NCBI GenBank assembly: GCA_030704615.1
Contig: CM060732.1
Span: 27,590,001-27,654,000, forward strand
Origin: Takakia lepidozioides
Taxonomy: Eukaryota; Plantae; Bryophyta
Reading direction: 5' to 3'
Length of the DNA stretch: 64,000 nt
The translations under genes were made by a program, and so were the position numbers. The notes beneath the pieces were generated by a model that saw nothing but the letters and a program-made list of their open reading frames with translations, had not been told where the DNA came from and did no database searches. Below are positions 22,119-34,269 of this stretch, in pieces (the stretch's first letter is position 1; each line of letters opens with the position of its first letter).

Positions 22119-25100
22119 ACACTACAACAGATTGCGGCTTTTATGACTCCCATGGCTGCGCAGTCATGACAGATTTGTGGCAGAAATGCCATTTGAAGTC
22201 GTAGATGGCTTTTGAAGTCATAACGCAGGTCCGGGGAAGGCGTATATGCGATTGCATGACTCCGGACTCTGCGCAACACATGTCAAACATGTTTGACCAC
22301 GAATATTGGCATGGCAGATATGACTACCAGTCACGGTCATACCTACACTGGAATGACGTGTACAAATTGCTAGACGGACATATGACTTTATGACTCTCAC
22401 TCTAATGCATTCTGCCAGATCATCACATGGATGAATCACTACATGACTGCACGTGTCGACACATGCTTTTCTGGTTATATATATAATATATCAATATTTA
22501 TATTTTGAAAAAATGTCGGAGACTCTAACCACTAGAATGAATTTTTTTTTTTTAAATCAAAGTGCAAAAGATTTGAAAAAAACAAATCGGCTGGAGGTGC
22601 ACAGTGTGTCGCCCCGGTGGTTCGGGGTTCAAACCCGCTGCCCTACCCCGTGTGTGGGATTGTTCATGACGATATGTTTGGGCGTTGATCGTCCTGTAGG
22701 TCTCATGGCCCAAATGAAAGGGGGTTAATTTTTCCCCCTCCTCAAGGGCATGAGGCTTCCTTTAAAAATTAAAAAAATTAAAAAATCAAAAAATTGCTTA
22801 TAGGGTTTGCAAGAAGGTTAAAAAACTTAAAAAGTTGCCCATCACGGTAGTCGTGAATCGAATTAGAGTGAGCGGGAGGGAGGGAGATAGAGAGAGAGGG
22901 CTGGGACTTAGAGCGAGCGGGAGGGAAGGCAAACATGTATGGGAGGCCGCAGTTGGAGCAACCTTTGCATCTGAAGCAAGCAACCCTAGAAACGCTAGGG
23001 TATGTGTGCGAGGAGGTTTTGGCTGGGAGCTCGTCGTTCTTGGGAGAGTCAGCTTGGCTTAGCTAGGCCATGTTTCAATCTCTACCCGCTCAGTTGCACC
23101 GTGGTGGTTCTCACAAACCAATCCGACATTACCTGACTACAGAAACAAGTAGCACACTGAAGAGGTCCTCTTGGGTTCATGGTCAGTCAAATCCTCCATG
23201 GGTCATGACACAAGGTCGAGGACAATGTGGTGAGGGCAACCTTCTTCTTCGACCTATTTCAGCCTATTTTTCCCTCTCATCAGACTCGGCCCTTCATTTG
23301 CAGCACGGAGTAGAGTTGGCATGAGATTTTTAAAGATCCTTCACGATGGTGCGACAACCGCAATGGCAAGGTGTGGCTTTTCCTTAATGTACGATGTAAA
23401 GAAGTTTGTCCATCCTGCAAATGTGGGCTGTTGGCTCCTGTTAGTACCATGATTTGGTATTCTTCCTGATGTTTCAAGGTTCTTGGGAGAGTCAGCTTGG
23501 TCTTAGCAGACCGTGTTTCAATCTCTGCCTGCTCATCTACACCGTGCTGGTTCTCATAGACCAATCCGACATTACCTGACTACAAGACACAAGCAGCACA
23601 CACAAGAGGTCCTTTTGGGTTGATGGTCGGTCAAATCCTCTATGGGCTCTTCTTCAACCTATTTCAGCCTGTTTTGCCCTCTCATCAGACTCGGCCTTGA
23701 GATGCATATTGAATTATGTAAGTTAGCTCGTTGCTCATTGATAAGTAGGGTTGGGGGTGTTTGCTGGAATGATTGTTGTATGCATGATTTTGTGCAGAGG
23801 CATAGATAGCTGAAGGAGCAGGGATAGAGTGTGGAAGAGGGCCAGATTTCAAGCTCCAGATTATCTATGATTCCCCGTGGAAGGATAGATACAAGAAACC
23901 TGCATGGGTAGATGGTCAATTGGAAGCTGCAGCAGCAGCGGCACAATTGATAAAATCAAGCACTACTAATGAAGGCACCTTCTGAAACACATTTCACCCT
24001 ATTTTCCCCTCTTATCAGAATCGGCCCTAAATTTTCATGTTCAATTCTGCAAGTTAGCTGGTTGAGTGAATCTAGTTGGAGTGACTTTGACATGATACTG
24101 CCAATGTGACAAGAGTATGCATTGAACCCATTGGTAGCGGGATATTGGGATATCTCTTGGCCATGTGCCATCGTCAAAGCTGAAATTGTACTAGTTGTCA
24201 TTCTGACCACTGCCCTAGTGGACATATATGCCAAATGTGGGTGCAGCAAGCCTGATGCAAAGGGAGAGTTCGACAACATGGCTAAATGAGATGTGGTGTT
24301 ATGGACTGCCATGATTGTAAGGTGTGTGTAGCATAGGTGTGGGAGTAAGGCTTTGGAAACCTAAGAACAAATGATGTAGGAAAGGATGAAGCCAAACCAG
24401 GTCATGTTCATTTGTGTTTGTTAATATGCATATGCGAGCCTAGCAGCCCTGGGAAGGGGCCAAGAGGTTCATGGTGACATCATCAAAGCTGGAATTGTAC
24501 CTGATGTCATTCTGAACATTCCCCTGGTGTACATGTATGTCAAATGCGAGCCTGGTAGCCCTGGAAAGGACGCAAAGGTCCATTATCAAATCTGGAATTG
24601 TACCACTAGATGTCACTCTAAAGACTGCCTTGGTGGATATGTATGTCAAATGCATGTCTGGCAGCCCTGAAAAAGGGTACAGAGGTCCACGGTGATATTG
24701 TCAAAGTTGGTATTGTATCTGATGTGATTCTGAACGTTGTCATAGTGGACATGTATGCCAAGGTTGCAGGGTGCAACTACAAGGATACATGGCTGTTTTG
24801 ATAATATGGTTGAATGAGATGTGGTACCAGCCTAGCCCATAATTGCACTTAACTAGAGTAGGCAATGAGTGAAGACGGGGTTTGTGATGACATCGTCCAA
24901 GCTGGAATTAAACAAATGTTGTTCTGAACTATGCCCTTGTGGACTTGTATGCCAAATTGGGGTGCATGGAGGATGATGATTCTAGGATATGCACAACAGC
25001 GGCGTGGGATGGAGGCCCTTTGGAGAGGTCTATGAGCAAGTGGTGTGGGAAGGGATACTGCAGCGCAACCACATTGGTACATTTGCAACATGTGTGCAAG

Positions 25101-25504
25101 CCTGGCAGCCGTGCAAAATAGCAAAGAGGTTCGTGGTAACATCGTCCAAGCTAGAATTGTACTAGATGTTGATCTGAACTTTGACATGATGCCAATGTGA
25201 CAACAGGAAAGTATCCAGAAACAGGTCACAGAGACGAGGAGAAGTTGTGAAATGGTGGGACAACCGAGGGAAAAAGGTTAATGCCTGTTAGATTATAGAG
25301 GGCAGACGCAATTCAGCATAGGAACTAGTGTGATAAGCTGAGTTGGGTGTTTCCTAGAACAAATCTAGGTTGTCATTATCAGCTGCAAGGCAAGGAAGTA
25401 TGCATGATTTGTGCACAAGCAGTGATAGTTGAAAGAGCAGGGATAGAGTATGGGTCCAGATTCATCCAAGAGGGCCAGATTTCAAGCACATGATTACCGA
25501 TGAT
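22119..25504 (+). repeat. Left arm of a large inverted duplication
   Basis: Colinear reverse complement of 60223-63843; paired ORFs such as 23956-24312(-)/61404-61760(+) and 24440-24655(-)/61061-61276(+). Confidence 0.9.
24160..25150 (+). pseudogene. Degenerate PLS-PPR fragments
   Basis: GTGGACATATATGCCAAATGTGG and GCTGGAATTGTACCTGATGTCATTCTGAAC match PPR repeat units, with stops and frameshifts. Confidence 0.8.
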
Positions 25505-25590
25505 GGGGGCTGCTATTTCATGAGCCATGAGCCATGAGCGGCATGAGCCATGAGCAGAGTCGTAAGTGTGGAAAAAAACATGAGCAGCAC
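25505..25590 (+). repeat. Left terminal inverted repeat with CATGAGC iterations
   Basis: GGGGGCTGCTATTTCATGAGCCATGAGCCATGAGCGGCATG; interrupts the PPR-derived flank abruptly. Confidence 0.75.
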
Positions 25591-25967
25591 TATTTTCCGG
25601 AAATGAGTGTCCGCGGGAATAGGGTTTAGGGTGCCACGGTCATAGGGGGAGAAGGACCTCCCGATGAAGGAGGTTCGGCAATGTTATTTAGAATTATATA
25701 TTGAAAGGCAATGTTTCGCGAATGGTAGGGTGGTACTGCTCTGTACAATGGGGGCCCATTTCAGCCTACCAGCCATTTGCAAAATTCACCCACACTCCCA
25801 ATCCCAAACGAAATGAGCAATGACGCATTCTCGGAACGATGGACACAGAATAGAATAAAAAGAGGGCACAATGAGGTTTTTATTGATCCACATGAATTGC
25901 ATTTGAAGCACGTCTACTGTGCTGATTGTGCCATCAAATCTTGAGCCCTGTGCCTACTGAATACAAG

Positions 25968-26531
25968 TCACGTTGTCAATGGGACTTTGACTGCTCTCAG
26001 AACTAGCTCATGAGTCATGGGGCTCCTCCATGTAAAGTCGATTGCAGCCGTTGTACCGCCCCTAGTGATGTTCACCACAATGTCCTGCCCTTCAATCATA
26101 CCACCATCGAATATGGAAATCTTCACGTTTTCGTCGTCCACACCAATGCGAATGTCCCCATACAATGGAGAAGAGGAGCGCACTCCTCGAGGAGAATAGG
26201 TCTCTCCGATGGAGTCCACCCACGTCCAGTGGCAGCAGTTCCACCGCAACAGCATAGCAGTGCGCCTTCTTCTGCATAGGTGACCGTCGTAGCTGGGAAA
26301 ATCGGAATCGAGGATGCGCAGGAGCCACGGACTCCTCAGACCAAGATCGTCACCCCGCTCGAAGGCGTAGTGGCCTACGATATACTCAAAAGCCACCAAT
26401 GTTTCCACAATCGAACCAGTATCTTCTGTGTAATCTGTGTACCAGATAACAATGTCTCCCGATGTGGCCGAATACATTGCATAATCGATGCCTCCAAAGG
26501 GGCAGTCGTCCCGGTTCCGGAAGCACGGCAT
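25968..26531 (-). CDS. Unknown ~190-aa protein, RWNCCxWT family, copy 1
   Basis: Open frame; aligns over its length with 27082-27651 from MPC onward (GDIVIW, AFEY, WLLRILD, RWNCCHWT, YGDIR, DGG.I.G.DIVV). Confidence 0.7.
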   Translation of the reverse strand: MPCFRNRDDCPFGGIDYAMYSATSGDIVIWYTDYTEDTGSIVETLVAFEYIVGHYAFERGDDLGLRSPWLLRILDSDFPSYDGHLCRRRRTAMLLRWNCCHWTWVDSIGETYSPRGVRSSSPLYGDIRIGVDDENVKISIFDGGMIEGQDIVVNITRGGTTAAIDFTWRSPMTHELVLRAVKVPLTT

Positions 26532-27081
26532 CCTTGCAAAGGAGGACCTGAGGACGACTTGGATGCCGATGACCTTGCGGACAGCTACGAAGCCCTTAGA
26601 TTTTGGAAATGATACGAAGCGGAAGAGCAGTCCGGCCTCCAATAATGGAGCATCTGGGTCACACGTACCCACCGACGGAGGTGGAACGTGTTCATCACGA
26701 CAGCGGTGGATGAAGCCATACATCTTTCTCATCAACAAGTTATAGTTTGAGATCTGCCACCGAAGTCCATCCCCCCGGATGGAAATTCGGCGCCGCATTT
26801 ACATCGAAGAGGGGATGGACTTCGTCGTGTCCAGTGGCTATCGGCCCACCTGGCAGTGACTGCCCATAGTTTGCATGGCAGGGTAGGAAACAGAAACGGC
26901 TACATTCATGCAGCAGCCAATCTTCATCGGTCCAGGATCCTGTAGGGGGGAAATTTAAATGTGCCCTGGAGTGTTTGTGAGGAATTGCAGCGTTAGCTTG
27001 AACTTTTTCCAGCCACCGCGCTGCTCCTCCTCCATCCGGGAGCTGCTGTCATTGAGCGTACTCCGCTACTCTTTTTCAAGG

Positions 27082-27651
27082 ATGCCGTGCCGCCGAAATC
27101 CAGCCGACTGCCCTTATCATGGCCACGATTATGCTATGTTCAAACCAGAATCAGGAGACATCATTGTCTGGCTCTCTGTTTTCACAGACGCTGCTGGAAT
27201 CAAGCAAGAGTCTTTGCGCGCAATGGAGTATCTGGAGGGCTATTACCGCTTTGAGCGAGGTGAGGGCGAGGGTCAATGCGGTCCGTGGGTCCTGAAAATT
27301 GTTGACCTCGATATACCAAGGATGCCGGACAGATCACGCACGGCCTCGCTTTGGCGCTGGAACTGCTGCCAGTGGACCAGGGAGGACGGCACCGGGGAAA
27401 ACTATATACGTGCAGATCACTCCGCTCTTCCAGTGTATGGAGACATTCGGCTGCGTTGCGAAGACGAATCGCACGGGCACATGAGGCCCACAGTGACCTT
27501 GTCAATGTATGATGGTGGTATCATTGATGGACATGACATTGTCGTCGGCTCCAGTAAGGGCAGCAGAACGACCGAATTGCAGTTTACCTCGAGGTGCCGC
27601 AGCAGTGATGAGCTTGTTTTGAGGGGTATCGAAGTTCCGTCGACTTGGTGA
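27082..27651 (+). CDS. Unknown ~190-aa protein, RWNCCxWT family, copy 2
   Basis: MPCRRN..., GDIIVW, AMEY, WVLKIVD, RWNCCQWT, YGDIR, DGGIIDGHDIVV, ELVLR; head-to-head with copy 1. Confidence 0.7.
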   Translation: MPCRRNPADCPYHGHDYAMFKPESGDIIVWLSVFTDAAGIKQESLRAMEYLEGYYRFERGEGEGQCGPWVLKIVDLDIPRMPDRSRTASLWRWNCCQWTREDGTGENYIRADHSALPVYGDIRLRCEDESHGHMRPTVTLSMYDGGIIDGHDIVVGSSKGSRTTELQFTSRCRSSDELVLRGIEVPSTW

Positions 27652-27904
27652 AGCCCATGTAGAAGGAGGAAGGGCTTAGTTTTGTCTGCAGTTGGTAAAT
27701 GTGAGACATCGTGTCCGATCAATAAACCCATCGTACCTCACTTCTGTATGATTGTGTTTCATTCTGTTGAATAACTGTCGGAATTGGCCCACTGTTTACA
27801 ATTTGATGTCTCATTTCTACAATGTTTCTGTCCGGATGAATATAGCAGAGTAACCGTTATGTGAGTCATGTGTCAAGAATATACCAGAGTAACACCATGT
27901 CGGC

Positions 27905-28590
27905 ATTGAAATGCGGCGCCGCATTTCCATGTCGGGATTGAAATGCGGTGCCGCATTTCCATGTCCGACAAGAAAATGCGGTGCATCATTTCCGTCCAGG
28001 TACACGAAATACCAACACGGGTCTATAAATGATCAAAAACGAGGTTGGCATTGCAAATGCGGCGACGCATTTCCAGCTTGGCAATGGAAACTTCTTTTTG
28101 GACAAGGGAATGCGGTGCCGCATTTCCGTACAACACTTCGAAAAGTGTGACATTTCCGACCAGCGCGATGGAATGCGTTACCGCATTTCCGAGAGAGGGT
28201 CTGCAAATGGACAAATTGCGATGTCCATTCTGGAAATGCGGCGCCGCATTTCCATGTCCATCAGCGACTTTTTTTTACAATGGAATGCGGTGCCAATTTT
28301 TTGCTGATGGGCCTGCAGTTCGAACAACGACCATCCCCAATACTGAAATGCGGCACCGCATTTTCAATCCCGCCATCTCGACCTCCTTGTTCGACCTCCT
28401 TGTTCGACCTCTGTAAGCGTGGTGGCATCCATGCGATGAGCGGGAGAGGCCAAAACTGGCGTGTGGACAAAGGAAATTTTGGAAATGCGGCACCGCATTT
28501 CCAATTCAGATTACTTTTTACTATGCCAACATTGAAATGGAAAATTTAGTCCCTCCCCTGTTTTGGAAATGCGGTGCCCCATTTCTGATT
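27905..28590. repeat. Array of ~11 palindromes AAATGCGGCGCCGCATTT
   Basis: Copies near 27909, 27941, 27973, 28055, 28109, 28171, 28234, 28283, 28346, 28483, 28567; outliers near 26783 and 29891. Confidence 0.9.
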
Positions 28591-28722
28591 TTGGGAGCGT
28601 CGTGGTTTGGGCGATTGTGTGGCTGGAATGCACACTGGAGAGGGGTCACGAATGTCGGGCAGAATTTCCTTTATATACTCTGGAAGAGAATTTACATTTA
28701 CAGAGACTTCATTAAAATTCTA

Positions 28723-30552
28723 TTAATCTTGAAAATCATCCGAATCCTCATCCTGTTCTAGACTGTCCTGCTCATCCTCCACCCCCTCAGTGCCTCTCTC
28801 ATCTCCAGCGGACTGCTCGTTGGCCAGGCTTTCGAAAATCCCATCTTCCCCTTGCGGAACTGTCCATCTCACCTCCGTTGGGTCGTCTTCCTCCCTGTCT
28901 GCGTCGCTCTCATCCGCTGAATCACATATGTACTTTCGTACCCGTCTACCTGTCTGAGCTGCTGCCAACTCTTTCCTTATCCTTCTGTCCTCCCTAGCCC
29001 TCTCCAAAATCTGCTCTACTTTACTGGGATTCTCACTTCTTCTAATCACTGTATTTGCGAGTTTAGCTGCATAACTAGGAAGGGAGTAGTCCCTCACCGG
29101 GCTCGTCATGAATCGGCCCTCGCAAAGAACGGGACATTCTTCCTGGCAGGAAGTGTAGGCCCTACATGTTTCGACCCGGACCCTGCAATCCTGCACATGA
29201 CAATCATCAACGAGACTAATGAGAACCACAGTCGGGAAATTCGTTTGACATAAATGACCCAGAAGGCTTTGCAAACTTACAATGTTTGCACTCACTCGTA
29301 TTCCGGGTTCTCCTCCGCATCAATGTCCACTGTGTCTTCCTCGGACTCCGACGAATCCGAGGAGACTTCCGCTCTGTCGGGAGCCTTCACATTCCGTTGC
29401 AGCCCCTCCAGATGGGATCCCCACACGGATGAATCCTCCTCGTAGGCAAAGAGGTGCCGGTCGGAAAACCGCCCAGCCCACATTGAGGCACCTGTTACAA
29501 TGCCATCCACACATTACCACATGGCGCTTCAGATGTTGCGAACTACATCCTAACGAGAATTTGCAGAACAGCATAGATCAAGATTCTGCATACCTGTCCC
29601 ACAGATGAGGTCGAGCACTGTGCCCTCCACGTCTGTGCATGTCTCCATAATTGTCTGAATGAAGGCAGGGCTCCGAGTCCGTGAGTACCGCAGGGGTTCC
29701 GTTGAAGTGAGGCTATGAGGGAGAAGTTCCTTGGGAACGTTGTTGAACAGAACGTCGTAATCGAGTGGGTCGCAGTTCGGGTCAACCTTTCCTCCCTCCT
29801 TCCGGAAAGCAAAGGTGGAGTTCTCCTTCACAAAGCAGTATGCATCGAACTGCTTCGTCTGCATACACAGGGGGAAAACGATTAGAAACCGAATGCGGCA
29901 CCGCATTTGAAAACACCCAAGCAAATGAATGGACGAGTGCCAGTGTCGTAATCACCTTCTTCCCTTCCGACCGAAGGCCCAGTGTGTTGATGCACGTCCA
30001 CTTCTTTTTCAGAATCGGGACGGCGCTCTTGCGGGTCCACTTCGCAATTCCTGTCTGAGTGTTTTTTCCTCTGCTCGCCAGGACAACCACACAGCCTCTG
30101 TCGTCCAACACCATGCGGGCAAGCCCGAATCCTTTCTTCCAAAAGTCCTCCGAGTACCTGTTCCAAGATGGCAAAGCTTGCAGTCCTTCCACAGGCTCTC
30201 CGTCCGGAATATCCAAGATGATCATATCGCAAGACCACTCGGTGGCATTTCCGCCCCTCCTACAATCCTTGTCTGCACACACCCTCTCAAAGAACGAGAC
30301 CATATTCTGAAATCCTGGGGTGTCGGAAGGCTCTTCGGCAGTCGCCTTCTTCAGTGCTCTGCCCTTCAGACCCTCCATGGTCTTCAGGTATGCCAACTTG
30401 GCTGCCCGTCCATCCAAAGCCGCCAAGAAACTCTCATTTACACACTGGACTACAGTTTCGGGAGCCACTTTCGGCCTCTTCATTTCCACCGGCTCGAAAG
30501 GGTGCCCCCCTGGGGGGTTGAAGAGTGCCTTCTTTGCCGAGCCAGTTCTCGT
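28723..30552 (-). CDS. Spliced beta-class N4C/N6A DNA methyltransferase-like gene, copy 1 (5' end lost in gap)
   Basis: Exons >30552-29956 (CDMIILDIPDG..LDDRGCVVV), 29858-29594 (RSPAFIQTIMETCTDVEGTVLDLICGTG), 29491-~29298 (ASMWAGRFSDRHLFAYEED), acidic last exon to 28723; GT-AG introns. Confidence 0.7.
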
Positions 30553-31052
30553 NNNNNNNNNNNNNNNNNNNNNNNNNNNNNNNNNNNNNNNNNNNNNNNN
30601 NNNNNNNNNNNNNNNNNNNNNNNNNNNNNNNNNNNNNNNNNNNNNNNNNNNNNNNNNNNNNNNNNNNNNNNNNNNNNNNNNNNNNNNNNNNNNNNNNNNN
30701 NNNNNNNNNNNNNNNNNNNNNNNNNNNNNNNNNNNNNNNNNNNNNNNNNNNNNNNNNNNNNNNNNNNNNNNNNNNNNNNNNNNNNNNNNNNNNNNNNNNN
30801 NNNNNNNNNNNNNNNNNNNNNNNNNNNNNNNNNNNNNNNNNNNNNNNNNNNNNNNNNNNNNNNNNNNNNNNNNNNNNNNNNNNNNNNNNNNNNNNNNNNN
30901 NNNNNNNNNNNNNNNNNNNNNNNNNNNNNNNNNNNNNNNNNNNNNNNNNNNNNNNNNNNNNNNNNNNNNNNNNNNNNNNNNNNNNNNNNNNNNNNNNNNN
31001 NNNNNNNNNNNNNNNNNNNNNNNNNNNNNNNNNNNNNNNNNNNNNNNNNNNN
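30553..31052. other. Assembly gap (500 N)
   Basis: Run of N. Confidence 1.
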
Positions 31053-31199
31053 CAACGGGCTTGCACCGTTCTCGGGGTCACTACTCCCCTTATATATACT
31101 TCTGTAGCTGTCCGCGGGGGTTTCACAACCAGCCATGCCATTTTATGGCGAACCACCACGAAAACCCTCGACTCCCTGTGATGAGTCGCGGTGAGTCTT

Positions 31200-31961
31200 G
31201 CAATATTTGAACTCAGATCATCCACTTGAGTCTGCAGGCCTTCCACATCCTCTTGTAGCTCCGCTATCCTACTATAGACATTGTCCATAGTAGTTGTGGC
31301 AATGTTCTGCACCTGCAATCTGAGCTCATTCATCTCGCCCTGGGTGAGCTTCCTTGGTGCTTTGCCTTCTACTGGCCCTTGTGCTAACCAGACCTGCATA
31401 AGGTGGTTATCCACCAAGTCCTGTGTGGCACCCCTGAGAGTCTGCTCCTCCTTGAGTCTATACACATTTAACTGCTGCTGTAAAGCCTCCATGCGCTTCG
31501 CATGAGGTTCAACTAGGCCCGCATAGGCAGCAGCCAGATTATTGGCTTCCTCCCAGCCTTGTTCTTGAATGAGGCTTAGTTCATGCAAGCTGTAGAATTA
31601 TACAGTAGGATAGAATAAAGACACCATGGCATAGGCATGATACATGATTAATCTTAATCCGATACTGAATCAATACGAACATACTGTGTAGAGAGACACG
31701 AGAGAAGCTGTGGAATGAATGCATGATTAACTGGAACTTAGTAGATACTGAAGCAATCTGATGCTTCAGTATACACGGTAAGGTAAATTGATAACATGAA
31801 GGCAGGAAGGAATACAAATAGGAAGCACAACCATGATTCACTAGCTGCAGGTCATGACTGATTGTTCTGAGCGGGCTGAGTGCTTAGAGATATCCAACTC
31901 TTCTATCTTGGAGTTTCCACCTCGGATAGCGAAGGGATGGGTGAGTAAAAGCTGCTCGACA
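31200..31961. mobile_element. Rearranged fragments of the second Gypsy family (extra-ORF piece on minus, LTR 3' part on plus)
   Basis: PRKLTQGEMNELRLQVQN matches 52496-53608; LTR end GGGTGAGTAAAAGCTGCTCGACA at 31961. Confidence 0.8.
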
Positions 31962-33290
31962 GGAGATTAAGACTGTCAATGAGGGATGGCTGACGATGAT
32001 GGAGAGTCGGAAGAAATGATACACTGGGGTGCCTTCGCCTACTTGGGATAACATGATCTATTTCCTTAATCTGTTGGGAATTTAACTTTCTTTCCTTTGC
32101 ATTTGTAAGTGACATTGGCAGTATTGATCTTTGTTTCTTTGCAAACATTCTTCTCTTCGTTCTCAAATTGAACATGTCTGTCGCAGGTGAGCACTGGTCC
32201 CTCCTTCGTGTGCGGTGTGCAGAAAACGTTTGCTGCTGACATGGTCATTCTTGACATCCCGGACGGCCAGGCTGTGCCAGAAGTTCTTTTGAAGGGAAAG
32301 ATGCCAAGCTAGAACAAATTCGATGACAACTACTGGAGTTGGGTATTCGGGTTCTGCAATTATTTCCTTTCTAATGCAGAGACACTTCTGATCTTTCAGT
32401 CATGTGATAACGATAGTCGTCGGGCATTGGCATCATACCTGAAGTCCTCTGGGTTTGAAGTTCTGCGCACGTGGAATTGTGTGAACATCCTCTACCTTGT
32501 GAAATGGGGTTGTCCTGGTCAGCTGGTATGACGCCTCTCTCTTGGATGTGCTTTATTGCTGCGTTTCAATGTTTTTTGCAGTGTAACTCTAGAAGAATCT
32601 GTGATGATCGGCACCGATCATCACAAATATGTGATTGATCAGTTTGTTGCATGTCTATGTTTTGAAGTGCCAATCTACAAATTCCACTAATGGTTGTGTT
32701 TTGCACCCTAACCTTTAGTCTTTCGCAGACGAAGATGTTCGAGGCGATCTGCCTGCGAAGGATTCGCACCTCAAAGACACCATCCTCCATCCGCAGCTTC
32801 GAGATTTCTGACAAGGGGTGTTTCATCAATCCCCCGCATGAGCCGCATGTCGATGACATTTTGTACAACTTCATGTAGCCCAGTCAGACTCTCAAAAGAC
32901 CAGATGGCACTCCCTGGAGAGGTGCAAAGGAGAAAACCCCCGCGTTCATGCAGACACTGCTGGAGTCATGCAGATACTGCACGGATGGTCGACCTCTCAG
33001 TATCCACAGGTTTGTTTTCTCCATTCAGATTTGGTTTTCTTTCACCAGTTTCATCTTCATTAATGCCCCCCTCCAAGCTGTTCATGTCATCCTATCTGTT
33101 GCAGGAGCAACTTACCATGCGTGCAAGGCAGGCGGAAGAGCCATTTTTGGCATGGAGGGTGACTCTGACCTATACAAGACTGTGCTCCTCCCCCTTTTGT
33201 CTGGCTCTACATCAGGCACACAAATCGAAACGATTCAATTCCAAAATGATGAGGATCCCGAGGATAAGCAGGTCCACAACGACTTTTCAT
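31962..33290 (+). pseudogene. N4C/N6A methyltransferase-like gene, copy 2 (stops, frameshift)
   Basis: ADMVILDIPDG..PS*NKF (32187-32525); TKMFEA..DDILYNF..KEKTP..MVDLSVSTG (32729-33009); ATYHACKAGGRAIFGMEGD (33105-33290); same intron positions as copy 1. Confidence 0.7.
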
Positions 33291-34269
33291 GTGAGTAAGT
33301 CTGTCATGGATTTGTCATTCCACTTTGGGTGCCCTGTTCAATCGCATACATCAAATTTGCAGTAATAACATTTTTTTTGCTGTGACTTGAAGGAAAGGCA
33401 GCGATGGATCTTCAGGAGACACCCCCATTTGTGGCGAGACTATTTTCGACAGCCCCCTTTCCACTTTTGTGCTTCCTGTGTATGCCGAAGTAATGGCACT
33501 TCAAATGGCCGAGGCTCTCTCCCCTGACTTTTTATTGCCCGACCGCAGGTGTAGCCATCGTAGATCCGGAGTTCTTAAATTCTTGGACTTGGATGCAGAG
33601 GACGCGGGGATACATTGTACTGACTCTGAGTCAGACTGAACTATGCATTTTTAATGTTCTATTCTCATCCTCTTCGGAAAAGATTGAATCCCCTACTCTA
33701 TTGCAGATGTTCCGACAGAAAAAAAAAAAAAAAAATGGAACAAAGAATCCACTTAGAAGGAAATGGCAATTTTCATAAATCCATCCCACAAACACCACAC
33801 ACTCATGTCATATCCATTGTTCATATACATTGTGCATTCATCTATTGTGTATGAATGCATCCTCCATTCATGAATGTTTTCCATTATTCAACATCCATTG
33901 TACATTCATCAATTATACATTCTTCCATTGTACTCTCATCCATCCCTCTTTCATCCATCTACTTGCATTGTTAGCACTCATCCATCTATTATTCATCCAC
34001 TCTACATTCATCTATCCTGCATTCATCTGTTGCTTTCATGTGGGAATGACCACATCCTTTTATTATGTTGTCCAATTTGTTTCCGCGATTAAGGGTGCTC
34101 TTCCGCGGAAATACACTCCGCTTCTTCCTTGGCGTGCGGTGACGCGGCATTTAAGCGCGATGACGTGGAGTGAGATTGGTAATGTGGCGTGGGTGCAAGG
34201 TGACATGGCGTGAGTGCAGCTGCGCTCACGCGACCACGCTCACGCCGAGGCATCCTTGGACCTACAACT

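Noticed and set aside
27905-28590. CRISPR-like look of the palindrome-spacer array
   Set aside because: Eukaryotic context, repeats only 18 bp, irregular spacing, no cas genes
29929-31588. Long ORFs spanning the N run
   Set aside because: Artefacts of translating through the gap
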